Shown: positions 19,132-29,918, counted from the first letter of the stretch. The stretch is 64,000 bases of DNA from a bacterium (GCA_049472335.1 JBLIRO010000016.1:1-64000), one strand, 5' to 3'. A program made the numbers and translations. The notes: generated from the letters alone by a model not told the origin.

Positions 19132-20289
19132 ATGAAATTCGAATTTTCCACTGTCGGCAGAATTATTTTTGGTTCAGGGAGGCTTCCCGCGGCCGGCCCT
19201 GTTGTTAAAAGAATGGGGAATTTTACGCTTTTGGTAACCGGACAAACCCCATCCCGTGCTGCCCCACTTATGGAAATACTGAGTAAGGAAGGTATCGGCT
19301 ATGTTTGTTTTTCCACCCATACTGAACCTGGTATTAAAGACATCCGTCAAGGAACTGAGTTCGCCAGGCAAAAACATTGCGACTCGATTATCGGTTTTGG
19401 AGGTGGAAGCGCAATTGATACTGCAAAAGCCATTGCCGCCATTCTTGGCAATGACGGTGATCCTCTGGATTATCTTGAAATTGTCGGTAATGGAAATCCG
19501 ATCACAAGGCCTTCGATACCATGGCTCGCCATTCCAACTACAGCAGGAAGCGGGGCGGAGGTAACGAGTAACGCCGTTATCTCTTCTCCGGAACATCTGG
19601 TCAAGGTAAGCCTGCGAAGCCCCCTGATGCTTGCCAGTACTGTGATAGTGGACCCTGAACTTACCTATGATCTGCCACCCAGCCTGACAGCAAGCACAGG
19701 ATTAGATGCATTAACTCAGCTTATTGAACCATATGTGTCTATAAAGTCAAATCCCTTGACAGATTCAATTTGCAGGGAAGGCATTCGACGTGTTGCCGGC
19801 TCGCTTATTCAAGCATATAAAAACGGAAATGACACAAAAGCGCGTGAAGACATGTCAATTGCAAGCCTTTTTGGGGGATTGGCCCTTTCAAATTCAAAAC
19901 TCGGGGCAGTGCACGGAATAGCAGGGCCAATGGGAGGTATGATAAGGGCGCCTCATGGTAATATTTGCTCAAGACTTTTGCCCAATGTTATGGAGGTAAA
20001 TATTAAACTCCTCAAGACCAGGTTTCCTGAATCAATGGCAATTAAGAAATATGACGAGATTGCACAAATACTCACAACGAATATCAAGGCAAAGGCGAGC
20101 GATGGAGTTGACTGGGTCAAAGAAATCTTCAAGATATTTGATATCCCTCCTCTATCATATTACGGTCTCACACCTGAAATCTTTCCTGATCTCGCAGAAA
20201 AAGCCTCCAAAGCAAGCAGTATGCAAGGAAACCCTATAAAACTGACATCTGAAGAAATAATAGATATTCTAGAAGGCTCTTTTATTTAA
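19132..20289 (+). CDS. Iron-containing alcohol dehydrogenase
   Basis: GGGSAID, PTTAGSGAEVT, DALTQLIE, LGAVHG and PHG. Confidence 0.92.
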   Translation: MKFEFSTVGRIIFGSGRLPAAGPVVKRMGNFTLLVTGQTPSRAAPLMEILSKEGIGYVCFSTHTEPGIKDIRQGTEFARQKHCDSIIGFGGGSAIDTAKAIAAILGNDGDPLDYLEIVGNGNPITRPSIPWLAIPTTAGSGAEVTSNAVISSPEHLVKVSLRSPLMLASTVIVDPELTYDLPPSLTASTGLDALTQLIEPYVSIKSNPLTDSICREGIRRVAGSLIQAYKNGNDTKAREDMSIASLFGGLALSNSKLGAVHGIAGPMGGMIRAPHGNICSRLLPNVMEVNIKLLKTRFPESMAIKKYDEIAQILTTNIKAKASDGVDWVKEIFKIFDIPPLSYYGLTPEIFPDLAEKASKASSMQGNPIKLTSEEIIDILEGSFI

Positions 20290-20356
20290 TTTTAATATAC
20301 TTTTCTACAAATATTTTCTTATTTAATTTAAAACATAAGGCTTGTCTTCATGTTTA

Positions 20357-20386
20357 TTGACAAAAATGAAAAACATTGTATATAAT
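20357..20386 (+). promoter_or_regulatory. sigma70 promoter upstream of the cytochrome operon
   Basis: TTGACA-N18-TATAAT in an AT-rich intergenic region. Confidence 0.55.
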
Positions 20387-20732
20387 CTCCGTGTCAAAAT
20401 ATATACTTTGTACTTTTAGATTTTTTTAAGATCATAGTTACAATATAATAGAAATTATTTGTTTTCAACAACTTAAATATTAAACCGCTACTTGTTTCTA
20501 TACCGTAAAATATGATCTTTTCTTAAAATTTCTAATAATCCTTTGTATCAAGATATTGAATTAAATATTAAATAGACGCTCTTGAAAGAAATTTTGATCA
20601 TATTAAATTGTTTTAATACTTGGTCCCGTTAGCCGGGTGTTTTGCTAATTAAAACACTTTTTTATTATAAATGATACCATCATTTTTATGCAACCTATTA
20701 ACTTTTATGGAAAGTCTGTAATGGAGGTGATC

Positions 20733-21887
20733 ATGGTACAAAGTGATAAAAGATGTAAAAGATCGAGAAGTTTTTGGATCAGCCTGTTCATTATCGGCCT
20801 GATCTTGCTTTTGTGGCCTGTACCCGGCAAAACTGCCGATCAGGAAAATTGTCAGCTTTGTCACCGTTATTCCGGCTTGGCTGCATTCACACCGGAAACA
20901 GGGACCAAAAAAATATTCTATGTAAACGAGAACATTTATAGAAACACGGTTCATGGCAGCGTTCAATGCACCCATTGTCATAAAGATGTCAAGGAAGTGC
21001 CTCATAAACCCACCAAGAAAGTGGACTGCGGAGAAAAGTGCCATGTCAAGGAACCCTCTACAGAGAAGGATTTTTCCCATAAGCCAATAGTTGAAAAATT
21101 CAAAAAAAGCTCTCACGGACAATCAAAGTTGTTTCAATATCAGGACGGCCAGCCGAAGTGTAAATATTGTCACCAAAATCCCCGCTATCAGCCTTTACGC
21201 GGAATTTTGGCGAAACACTCCGAAGACGAGCAGGAAGCACTCAGTCGCTGTATGGGATGCCACGAAAAGGACGAATGGACCAAGCGATTTCTTCAACACT
21301 TCGTCTCCCGCACCAGTCCTCGATGGAGCAATAGAGAGATAGTCGACTTATGTAATACTTGTCATGCGAATGAAGAAATGATGAGTAATTTCATGCTGGA
21401 TACAACTGCCAATTTTAAAGAGACTTTTCACTGGAGGAATGTCAAGTATGATATGGAAAACGGCGCGCATTGTTTGAGCTGTCATGCTCCAAAGGCTCTG
21501 GATTATGATTCACACGATATTCTAAAATCCTCGGATCCCAATTCTCCAACCTTTCTTTCCCGCCGGATAAAAACCTGCGGACAGTCCGGATGCCATACAG
21601 CCCCGACAAGTTCCTTTGTGAAGGGTTCTCTTCACGGGACAGGGCTAAAGGTCGCTTTATTGAATACAAAACTGGAAGAGATGGAAGGAAAACTCTCTGA
21701 GAAAGAGGAAGAGGATCTTACTGCGGAATTAAAACACGAAAAAACAGAACGTCTAAAGAGAAGGATTATCTGGGCTATTAAGCTTTTTTATAAGATTATG
21801 ATACTTCTTGTTCCAGGAACCATGTTCATTCACCAGATGCTCGATCTCAGAATCACACTTAAAGAAAGAAAAGAAAGGAGACACTAA
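20733..21887 (+). CDS. Membrane-anchored multiheme cytochrome c (6 CxxCH plus 2 wider motifs)
   Basis: CQLCH, CTHCH, CKYCH, CMGCH, CNTCH, CLSCH, plus CGEKCH and CGQSGCH; signal peptide; C-terminal TM helix with His; GGAGG RBS before 20733. Confidence 0.9.
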   Translation: MVQSDKRCKRSRSFWISLFIIGLILLLWPVPGKTADQENCQLCHRYSGLAAFTPETGTKKIFYVNENIYRNTVHGSVQCTHCHKDVKEVPHKPTKKVDCGEKCHVKEPSTEKDFSHKPIVEKFKKSSHGQSKLFQYQDGQPKCKYCHQNPRYQPLRGILAKHSEDEQEALSRCMGCHEKDEWTKRFLQHFVSRTSPRWSNREIVDLCNTCHANEEMMSNFMLDTTANFKETFHWRNVKYDMENGAHCLSCHAPKALDYDSHDILKSSDPNSPTFLSRRIKTCGQSGCHTAPTSSFVKGSLHGTGLKVALLNTKLEEMEGKLSEKEEEDLTAELKHEKTERLKRRIIWAIKLFYKIMILLVPGTMFIHQMLDLRITLKERKERRH

Positions 21888-21889
21888 TA

Positions 21890-22723
21890 ATGGCAAAGTG
21901 GGGCCGCCGGGCCGAAGATCAAGAATGGTTTATCCGGCTAAATAGAACTGAAGTATGGCAACACAATATCATCTGGGTCACCTTTTTACTCCTGGTATTG
22001 ACCGGAATGATGTCTTTAGTGCCAACCACGTGGGTTACCGCAATGTTTGGAAATTACGCAGCTCCTGTTTACAGATGGCGAAGATACCTGCATTTCTTTT
22101 TTGCTTTCTGGCTGTTTGTAGGTTGCGTGTGGCATATATGTTATTTGGCCTTCTCGGAAGATGGCCGTCAGGTTTTTAAAGATATCCTTTTAAAACCTAT
22201 TGATTTAATTCAGATGAAAGAAAATTTCCTTTATATGCTGGGGATGAGGCCTCATCCGCCGAAGTTTGAGAGATACGACTACAAGGAAAAGCTTGAATAT
22301 CTCTTTGGCGCCATAGGAACAACCGTTATATTCATCACCGGGACGATCATGACACTAGCTCCCCTTTTTCCCAAGTTTATTGTTGAGGTGGCGGCCACAT
22401 TTCATCTCATGGAGGCAACTCTGGCAAGTTTTGCAATCTCGATCTGGCATTTCTATGCAGTGCACTTAAAGCCTGGAAAATTTCCACAGGATACTTCATG
22501 GATCGATGGAAAGATGACCATGCATCATCTCAAAGAGGAGCATCCGGCATATTACGAAAGGGTAGTTAAAGAACGAGAGGCTCAAAAACACACCACAAAA
22601 GAAGAGCCCAAATTTATCCTCCGTGAAAGAATGGAAAATGCGACCGGTAAATCTGACATATCAGAAACTGGTAATAACATGGAAGGAGAGAAGGAGCGCC
22701 AAAGAGAGGAGGATGACCTATGA
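21890..22723 (+). CDS. Cytochrome b (FdnI/CbcL-type) membrane subunit
   Basis: Four TM helices with His ligands (WQH, YLH, TFH, IWHFY); RYDYKEKLEY. Confidence 0.88.
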   Translation: MAKWGRRAEDQEWFIRLNRTEVWQHNIIWVTFLLLVLTGMMSLVPTTWVTAMFGNYAAPVYRWRRYLHFFFAFWLFVGCVWHICYLAFSEDGRQVFKDILLKPIDLIQMKENFLYMLGMRPHPPKFERYDYKEKLEYLFGAIGTTVIFITGTIMTLAPLFPKFIVEVAATFHLMEATLASFAISIWHFYAVHLKPGKFPQDTSWIDGKMTMHHLKEEHPAYYERVVKEREAQKHTTKEEPKFILRERMENATGKSDISETGNNMEGEKERQREEDDL

Positions 22724-23637
22724 AATGCGGTCGTGGTAATTTAGCCAAGGTGCTTACAGTTATTATATATTCACTGCTGGTAGTGCTTTTGATAATGCTT
22801 TTGAAGATTACCTATTTACCTAAAAAAGGGGTCAAACACGGGCCTCCCCCTGTGAATCTGGAAGAGGAAACAACAACGGAGCAACCTCAATTGAAACCGA
22901 TAGAAGGAGATGTCTTTCGAAAGATACTTGAAAAGAAGACGGAACTAAAGCTTGAACATTTTCATAACCTGGATAAGACTGTTAATGTCGAAGAATGGAT
23001 ACCCAATCTGTGTCTGGTCTGTCATGGGAGTTTACCGCATAGCAAAAATAAGGACACCAGGGCGCTTTATAACATGCATACCTATTTTTGCGCGTGTGAG
23101 ATATGTCATTTAAAAGGCGAGGGCCTCTTGTTCAAATGGTTTGACACCGAGACAGGAGATCCTATAGAGAAAATATCTGACAGAGTTGAGGAGCAAGTGC
23201 CCACAGGGACCTATTCCGGAAATTATAACGCCAAAATAGTGCCATGCATCCTGAAAGGTCCTACGGTTGTCAGGCTCGATCGACCGGTAACTGAAGAATA
23301 TGCAGCAGAAACACTGGAGATCTGGAAACGATATACATACGATCAGCAGTCACAGGCAAAACTTGAACTCCACAAGCAGCTTACAAAAGAACCTGTCAAA
23401 TGCACGGACTGCCATCAAAAGGAAAATCCGTACCTTGACTTTAAGAGACTGGGTTATCCACAGTATCTATGTGATGAATTTGTTGGTACTGAAGTGGCTA
23501 AAATGGTAGAAAAATATAAATCCCTTAAATTACCTACTATGTTCCGTCCTGATGAGATTATACAACAGAAGGAATTAAGACAAAAAGGTGAGTCAGGACA
23601 GACTATGCTCCTGCCTCCCACATTTCGAGTACAGTGA
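22720..23637 (+). CDS. Membrane-anchored triheme cytochrome c
   Basis: N-terminal TM; CLVCH, CEICH and CTDCH. Confidence 0.87.
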   Translation: MKCGRGNLAKVLTVIIYSLLVVLLIMLLKITYLPKKGVKHGPPPVNLEEETTTEQPQLKPIEGDVFRKILEKKTELKLEHFHNLDKTVNVEEWIPNLCLVCHGSLPHSKNKDTRALYNMHTYFCACEICHLKGEGLLFKWFDTETGDPIEKISDRVEEQVPTGTYSGNYNAKIVPCILKGPTVVRLDRPVTEEYAAETLEIWKRYTYDQQSQAKLELHKQLTKEPVKCTDCHQKENPYLDFKRLGYPQYLCDEFVGTEVAKMVEKYKSLKLPTMFRPDEIIQQKELRQKGESGQTMLLPPTFRVQ

Positions 23638-24638
23638 TTTTTAATTGTAATGCCAGAACTTTTTTTAAATATATAATCCCGCTGATGGCTTTTGCCATCA
23701 GCGGTCTTTTGCTCGTCTCCATTTGCAGTGGGCAGGTGAAGCATTCCGATGTCATCCCACACTCAGGTAGTGTCAGGATTATACCATGCCGTCAGCTCTT
23801 TAGCATCACAGGATCGGACAAAAAACCATTTAATCAACCCAGCGCGGTTGATGTGTTCAATGATCGCATCTTTGTCCTAGATGGAGTCAATAGCAGAGTT
23901 GCCGTATTCGATCTAAAGGGAAAATTTCTTTTTGATTTCGGAAAAGCGGGCTCAGATCCAGGCGAGTTCAGGGCCCCCCTCGGATTGAGTGTTGATTTTA
24001 AGGGAAGGATTTGTGTGGCTGACTCCGGGAATCACCGTGTTCAGATATTTGATACAGACGGCAACCTTTTAACATATTTTAAACTGAAAGAGGATCGCTA
24101 CGGAGATTTGGCCGATCCGACAGATGTCGTTTTTGACAAAAAAAATAATCGCCTATTGATTGTTGATAATGATAATCACCGGTTACTCGTATATACCCCG
24201 GATGGTAAATTCATCAAAGAAATCGGTGAGGTGGGATTTGATAACGGACAGTTCAGATATCCATATAGTATAGCCCTGGATAATAAAGCTAATTTCTACG
24301 TAGTCGACGTACTAAACACCCGGGTGCAGGTATTTGACGAACAAGATAATTTTTTCAGAACCATAGGCGAATGGGGAATTGAAAAGGGGCAATTCTTTCG
24401 TCCCCAGGGGATAGCCATTGACGATAAAGGACGTGTACTTGTCTCCGAGAGCTATGAAAAAATCGGAGTTATACAGGTCTTTTCCACAGATGGAGAATTT
24501 CTTGCTCTTCTTGGAGATAAGTCAAGAAAAAAACTTCGTTTTTCGGTACCTACGGATATTTGTTTTGATGACCAGAATCGAATCTATATATGTGAAATGT
24601 ACGACAGCCGCATAAGCGTCTTTCAGATAGAAGAATAA
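23634..24638 (+). CDS. NHL-repeat beta-propeller protein
   Basis: Repeated GxFxxPxGI / VADSGNHRVQIF motifs; signal peptide; GTG start overlapping the upstream stop. Confidence 0.9.
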   Translation: MIFNCNARTFFKYIIPLMAFAISGLLLVSICSGQVKHSDVIPHSGSVRIIPCRQLFSITGSDKKPFNQPSAVDVFNDRIFVLDGVNSRVAVFDLKGKFLFDFGKAGSDPGEFRAPLGLSVDFKGRICVADSGNHRVQIFDTDGNLLTYFKLKEDRYGDLADPTDVVFDKKNNRLLIVDNDNHRLLVYTPDGKFIKEIGEVGFDNGQFRYPYSIALDNKANFYVVDVLNTRVQVFDEQDNFFRTIGEWGIEKGQFFRPQGIAIDDKGRVLVSESYEKIGVIQVFSTDGEFLALLGDKSRKKLRFSVPTDICFDDQNRIYICEMYDSRISVFQIEE

Positions 24639-24649
24639 AGCTTGCTTTT

Positions 24650-27600
24650 ATGAGATCTCTTTTTTCTTTTTTTTATTCATTAAAATATCTTCCTTTAACT
24701 ATTTTTACAATTGCGGTGCTTTTGCTTCACGCCTCCATTACACATGCCCAATTCATGCGCAATTCGGCAAAGGAATGCGCAATTTGTCACTTCAGATGGC
24801 TTGATCAATTCTATGTGGAGGGGCGCGGTACCGACCTTGTTGAGTATCAGAAGGAGCGGGTCGCCGGAAGCGAGATGATCTGCTATTCATGCCATAATGG
24901 TATTATGGTTGATTCAAGGGAACGCTTTTGGGCAAAACGCGGACATAGGTGCAATATGGTTCCATCCGAAAAGGTCCGGATTCCTCCGGAAATGCCATTA
25001 GGAGAGAAAAGTGAACTCGTTTGTGCCACTTGTCATACTGTCCATGGAATTTCCGATGAGTTGCGTGATCAGGAGACCATCTACCTCCGCTTCAGCAACC
25101 GAAATTCTGAGATGTGTATAATGTGCCATTTTACAAAGGCAGGCGGAAAGGCCCAGGGAAATCATCCAATCAATGTAACCGGTCTGGCCATACCTCAGAG
25201 AATCTTTGATCTATATGGCAGGACAGGAACCAAAGGAGACGTCATCTGTGAAACCTGCCATACGGTCCATGGGACTACCGATAAAAACCTGCTGGTCATT
25301 CCGGATCGCATAGGAGAGAACATATTTACTTCCGAGCTTTGCGAGGTCTGTCACGGAAGAAACCCCAGCCAGCCCAAAAAAGGATTAGGAATGGGATCCC
25401 ATCCTGTTGATCTTACCCCCAAGGAGGCCCGTCCGCCTTCCGTGTGGGAGGGGGGCAGAAAAGTCGCACTTGGCGAGACAGACATGATCATCTGTGAAAC
25501 CTGTCACTGGCCTCACGATGCTGCACTTCAGACCTCTATCCTGGCAAAAAAGGGAGAAACCTCTATCTGTCTGGACTGTCACAAAAAGCAGGTATTGGTC
25601 AAAGCTACAGACCATGATATGACTATCACAGCACCCCTTGCAATAAATATATATGAAAAAACCGCCCAGACTTCGGGAATATGCAGCCCGTGCCATATCC
25701 CACATAATGCAGGTGAAGTTAAATTATGGTCGAGAAAAACAAAAAGAAATATCGGTTTTGACCCGATATCCCCTTTATGTGAAAGCTGCCATCAACAGGA
25801 TGGCCCGGGAAAAGAAAAAATGACAGGGCGCTTTTCTCATCCCGTAAACCGGGGATTGGATAAGATCAATGGAAAAACCGAATTGCCTGTTTTTAACAGA
25901 AAAGGGGAAAAATCAGTCGAGGGTAATGTAACCTGCGCCACTTGCCATGATGCCCATAGGTGGAACCCTGCCAGGGAGGAACAAGGACCGGGCATTAAAA
26001 CGGAGGGTGGTAAACAGAATAGTTTTCTCCGTCAGGCGGATGTACCTTCGGCCTCTCTCTGTTTAAGTTGTCATCAGGATAAAAAGATCATCGTAAAATC
26101 CGAGCATGATCTTGAACTATCAGCACCGAAAGAAATTAATTATCTTGAACAAACAGTCGAAAGGGGAGGGATATGCAGTCCTTGCCATATGGTTCATAAC
26201 GGAACATCCATAAAGATGTGGGCCAAAAAAATGGACAATCTGGATCCAACCATAACTAATCTATGTTTTACCTGCCATATGGAAAAAGGGTGCGGTGAAA
26301 AGAAGTTGGTCGGCTCGATCAGCCATCCCACGGAAAAGGCCATGGCCCTCTTAAATGAGGATGTTAAGATCACGCTTCCCCAATACGACGTCTACGGTGA
26401 AAAAACCGCAATTCAGGGACTAGTAACCTGCTGCTCGTGCCATGATCCCCACAAATGGGATCCGAAAAAGGATAAACGCGGCCCTGGAAAAATGCTGGAA
26501 GGAGATGGGAAAAACAGCTTCCTTCGCATGGCCAACGACTCAAATTCTTCCCTCTGTGTAACTTGCCATCTAAAAAAAGGATATGTGCTATACACGGATC
26601 ATGACATGATGCTCACTGCTCCTAAAGAAACCAATGTTCTTGATGAAAAAACCAAAAAAGGCGGAATTTGCAGCGCGTGCCATATACCTCATCAGGCCCG
26701 CGGCATAAGGCTGTTCGCAAAAGAAACAGGCGCCGAAGGGAATCCGGGAAACCTGCTCTGTATATCCTGCCATTCTAAGGATGCCTGCGCAAAAGAAAAG
26801 GTGATAACCACACAAACCCATCCCATGGAAGTCCGGCCAAAGGTGGCCGAGTTGGAGCTTCCGCTATATGACCCCCAGGGGATAAAAGATAAGGAAAAGG
26901 GAAAGTTATTATGTTCAACGTGTCATGAACCCCATCAATGGGACCCTAAAATCGCAGATCAGGGGAAAAAGGAAAAATTAGAGGGTACAGGCCAAAACAG
27001 TTTCCTGCGAATAGCATCGGCCCCTGAACCTCAGCTTTGTAAGAAATGTCATCTTGAACAGGGATATGTGGTTAAAACTGATCACGATATGTGTATGATT
27101 GATCCCAATTTTAAAAATGGCACCTGCGACGCCTGCCATTATGTCCATAATGGAGAACTCTATAAACTTTGGGCCAAAAAGCTGGACCCCATTTACACAA
27201 CAGGACAAGGGCCCATTGACCTGCTATGTCAGAGCTGTCATATGCAAGGCGGAATAGGAAGCAAAAAGGTGCTGGATGACGGATACTCCCACCCCGTGAA
27301 CGTGCCTCTGGCTGAAAAGGGGATGAAAACACGCATGCCTTTATATACTGTCCCCTCATATTATCCCTTAGAACAGAAATGGGATAAAGAGATGGGAAAA
27401 CTGGTCACTTGTCAAACCTGTCACAACGTTCACCAGTGGTCTGAAGAAGAAAAAGCTCCCCAGTATAATAAAAATGTTGAAGGAACCATAGAAAACAGCT
27501 TTTTAAGACTAACCTCCGAAGGTTTGGGATATATTTGTATTGACTGTCATGAAGACAAAAAATATGTCATATGGAGCGAGCACGATATGAGGCTCGTTTC

Positions 27601-28186
27601 ACCAGATTCAAAAAACCAGCTTGCCCAGACAATATATCAAGGAGGGGTATGTTCTCCCTGTCATGGAGTACATCAAGCCCCGCAGAGACAAATTCTATGG
27701 GCAAGGTCGCTCGAAGGGGAGAGAGACTTTATGCTGGGCACCTGTGTCAATTGCCATAAAAAGGATGGCTCAGCGGGTGAGAAGGAATTCTTCATTGGGT
27801 TGCATCCAAGCTCTTTTGTCTATACAGGCAAAATGATGGAACGGCAACAATTCAGCGGGGCTGTACTTAATATATATTATCCCCTGTATGATAAACGAGG
27901 CAACAAAACCCCAACCGGATTCGTTACATGTACCACCTGCCATGATCCGCACCAATGGGACCCCCTAACCAAATATTATCCCGAGAAGAAAAATATTGAA
28001 GGGGACCCCACAAACAGCTTTCTCAGGAACAGAGGGCCGGCTTTCTCCATTTGCCTGGATTGCCATCGCTTCGAAGCACTCCTGAAATATAAGGGTTACC
28101 ATCAACCCTCGGAATGGCAGCAAAAATACTGGCGAACACCCAAAGACAATAACTCGCAGAGATATCAATATGTTCCTTATCAATGA
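24650..28186 (+). CDS. Large exported multiheme cytochrome c (28 CxxCH)
   Basis: 28 CxxCH counted by eye, in paired CxxCHxxH...CxxCH modules; signal peptide. Confidence 0.93.
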   Translation: MRSLFSFFYSLKYLPLTIFTIAVLLLHASITHAQFMRNSAKECAICHFRWLDQFYVEGRGTDLVEYQKERVAGSEMICYSCHNGIMVDSRERFWAKRGHRCNMVPSEKVRIPPEMPLGEKSELVCATCHTVHGISDELRDQETIYLRFSNRNSEMCIMCHFTKAGGKAQGNHPINVTGLAIPQRIFDLYGRTGTKGDVICETCHTVHGTTDKNLLVIPDRIGENIFTSELCEVCHGRNPSQPKKGLGMGSHPVDLTPKEARPPSVWEGGRKVALGETDMIICETCHWPHDAALQTSILAKKGETSICLDCHKKQVLVKATDHDMTITAPLAINIYEKTAQTSGICSPCHIPHNAGEVKLWSRKTKRNIGFDPISPLCESCHQQDGPGKEKMTGRFSHPVNRGLDKINGKTELPVFNRKGEKSVEGNVTCATCHDAHRWNPAREEQGPGIKTEGGKQNSFLRQADVPSASLCLSCHQDKKIIVKSEHDLELSAPKEINYLEQTVERGGICSPCHMVHNGTSIKMWAKKMDNLDPTITNLCFTCHMEKGCGEKKLVGSISHPTEKAMALLNEDVKITLPQYDVYGEKTAIQGLVTCCSCHDPHKWDPKKDKRGPGKMLEGDGKNSFLRMANDSNSSLCVTCHLKKGYVLYTDHDMMLTAPKETNVLDEKTKKGGICSACHIPHQARGIRLFAKETGAEGNPGNLLCISCHSKDACAKEKVITTQTHPMEVRPKVAELELPLYDPQGIKDKEKGKLLCSTCHEPHQWDPKIADQGKKEKLEGTGQNSFLRIASAPEPQLCKKCHLEQGYVVKTDHDMCMIDPNFKNGTCDACHYVHNGELYKLWAKKLDPIYTTGQGPIDLLCQSCHMQGGIGSKKVLDDGYSHPVNVPLAEKGMKTRMPLYTVPSYYPLEQKWDKEMGKLVTCQTCHNVHQWSEEEKAPQYNKNVEGTIENSFLRLTSEGLGYICIDCHEDKKYVIWSEHDMRLVSPDSKNQLAQTIYQGGVCSPCHGVHQAPQRQILWARSLEGERDFMLGTCVNCHKKDGSAGEKEFFIGLHPSSFVYTGKMMERQQFSGAVLNIYYPLYDKRGNKTPTGFVTCTTCHDPHQWDPLTKYYPEKKNIEGDPTNSFLRNRGPAFSICLDCHRFEALLKYKGYHQPSEWQQKYWRTPKDNNSQRYQYVPYQ

Positions 28187-28293
28187 TTCTACCGACAGGA
28201 ATTTCATTAGATAAGTACGTAGCGTTCATAGATTTTTTAAGATATTGGACAGCATTAATTAATTGATTGTCATGTTAAACTAATAAACTAACA

Positions 28294-28347
28294 CCGTCCC
28301 TCTTTTTCCTCCCGTCCCTCTTTTTCCAACACACCGTCCCTCTTTTT
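28294..28347. repeat. Three direct copies of CCGTCCCTCTTTTT
   Basis: Copies at 28294, 28312 and 28334; partial copy near 28529. Confidence 0.85.
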
Positions 28348-28354
28348 TAATGAC

Positions 28355-28382
28355 TTGACATTTTGTTTAAATGGTTTATAAT
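28355..28382 (+). promoter_or_regulatory. sigma70 promoter of the hdr/met/flx operon
   Basis: TTGACA-N16-TATAAT. Confidence 0.6.
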
Positions 28383-28595
28383 GCAACGATATTAATATCA
28401 ATTTTTTATATATAAAAATAGAAACAAAAAATGAATTGTACCTTACAATTTATTTGTTCAACAGAAGGATCAAGAGTACTGCACAACAAATATTCATCGG
28501 GAACGCCCTAACTATGATTATGTGCATCTGTCCCTCTTTGTAGTTTCTAAATTCCAAAAAAATATCAATAAATTAACATTGGGTAGAATCGAATC

Positions 28596-29867
28596 TTGAG
28601 CGAGCAGAATCAGGCCATTATTATCGGCGGTGGAATTGCCGGGATCAGTTCAGCCCTGTCTCTGGCTGAAAACGGATATCATGTTCATATAATAGAGAAA
28701 ATGGGCAGCGTTGGCGGTCACGCCATGCAGTTTTGCTGCAAGGCTACGGAGCAATGTAATAATTGCGGCGTATGTCTGGCAAAGGAAAGAATCAAGAAGG
28801 TCTCAAATCATCCCAATATTCATATACTGACTCAAGCCGAAGTAGTGGATTTGAAAGGAGATGTCCCTGATTTTCAGGTTGAGGTCCTGAAAAAGCCAAG
28901 ATTTATAGATTTCCAGAAATGCACGGCCTGTTCCCTTTGTTACCAAAATTGTCCTATAGCCGAAGAGGCCATCGAACGTCCCTATCTTTATTCCGTGCCT
29001 AATACATTTTCCATTAAAAAAGATAAATGCCTGCATTTCCAGAAGGGTAAGGGCTGTAATATTTGTGAAGAGAGCTGTCCTACCGGAGCCATAGAATTTG
29101 ACCAAAAAGAAGAGCGAATCAATATGAGGGCCTCAGCGATAATTCTGGCTAACGGCTTTAAGGTTTATGATGCAAGGGAAAAGGGATACCTGGGCTACAA
29201 TAAATTTTCGGAGGTCATTTCGGGGCTGGATCTGGAAAAAAGCCTACTGATGGAAGGGGGCAAAAATTTTCCGATTGTTCCCTCTGACAAAAAACTCCGC
29301 ATAGCATTCATACAATGTGTTGGATCGAGAGACCCTCACATAGGTCATGACTATTGTTCGAGGGTTTGTTGTAAATACGCGACACGAATGGGCGCAAAGA
29401 TAAAATCAAGATTTAATGATGTGGATCTGACTATTTTTTATATAGATCTCCAAAAAACCGAAAGGGAGTCTTTAAATCTGATTAAAAGCCTTCAGGATGA
29501 CATCCATTTTATTAAAGGCCTGCCTGTGGAGATAGAAAAAGACAGGGATTCCGGGGTATCTATGAGATATGAAAATATTGACAGGGGATGTTTTGAAAAA
29601 TCGGATTTTGACCTTGTCGTCTTATCGGTGGGAATCTGTCCTTCCCCGGACAATCGTTCACTGGCGGAATTGCTGGGTATTCGCATAGGGCAAAACGGTT
29701 TTTTTGCATCTCCAGATTTAATAGATTCAACGGTCAGCTCCAGAAAGGGGATCTTTTTGGCAGGCACCTGTCAGGGACCGAAAAATATCCTGGAGTCCAT
29801 CTCACATGGCCGGGAGGCGGCTTTAAGGACGCTTGCCTTAATAAAGGGGCCCAAGGGCAATATATAA
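28596..29867 (+). CDS. hdrA: HdrA-like flavoprotein (divergent N-terminal-type module)
   Basis: GGGIAG, two inserted ferredoxin motifs, QCVGSRD..YCSRVCC and GTCQGPK; TTG start. Confidence 0.88.
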   Translation: MSEQNQAIIIGGGIAGISSALSLAENGYHVHIIEKMGSVGGHAMQFCCKATEQCNNCGVCLAKERIKKVSNHPNIHILTQAEVVDLKGDVPDFQVEVLKKPRFIDFQKCTACSLCYQNCPIAEEAIERPYLYSVPNTFSIKKDKCLHFQKGKGCNICEESCPTGAIEFDQKEERINMRASAIILANGFKVYDAREKGYLGYNKFSEVISGLDLEKSLLMEGGKNFPIVPSDKKLRIAFIQCVGSRDPHIGHDYCSRVCCKYATRMGAKIKSRFNDVDLTIFYIDLQKTERESLNLIKSLQDDIHFIKGLPVEIEKDRDSGVSMRYENIDRGCFEKSDFDLVVLSVGICPSPDNRSLAELLGIRIGQNGFFASPDLIDSTVSSRKGIFLAGTCQGPKNILESISHGREAALRTLALIKGPKGNI

Positions 29868-29918
29868 TGACTAATAAACCAGGTGAAACAATGATGAATC
29901 CTCCGCTTACCAAGAAGA

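Noticed and set aside
28294..28347. CRISPR array
   Set aside because: Repeats are 14 bp with 4-8 bp spacers, and no cas genes are present.
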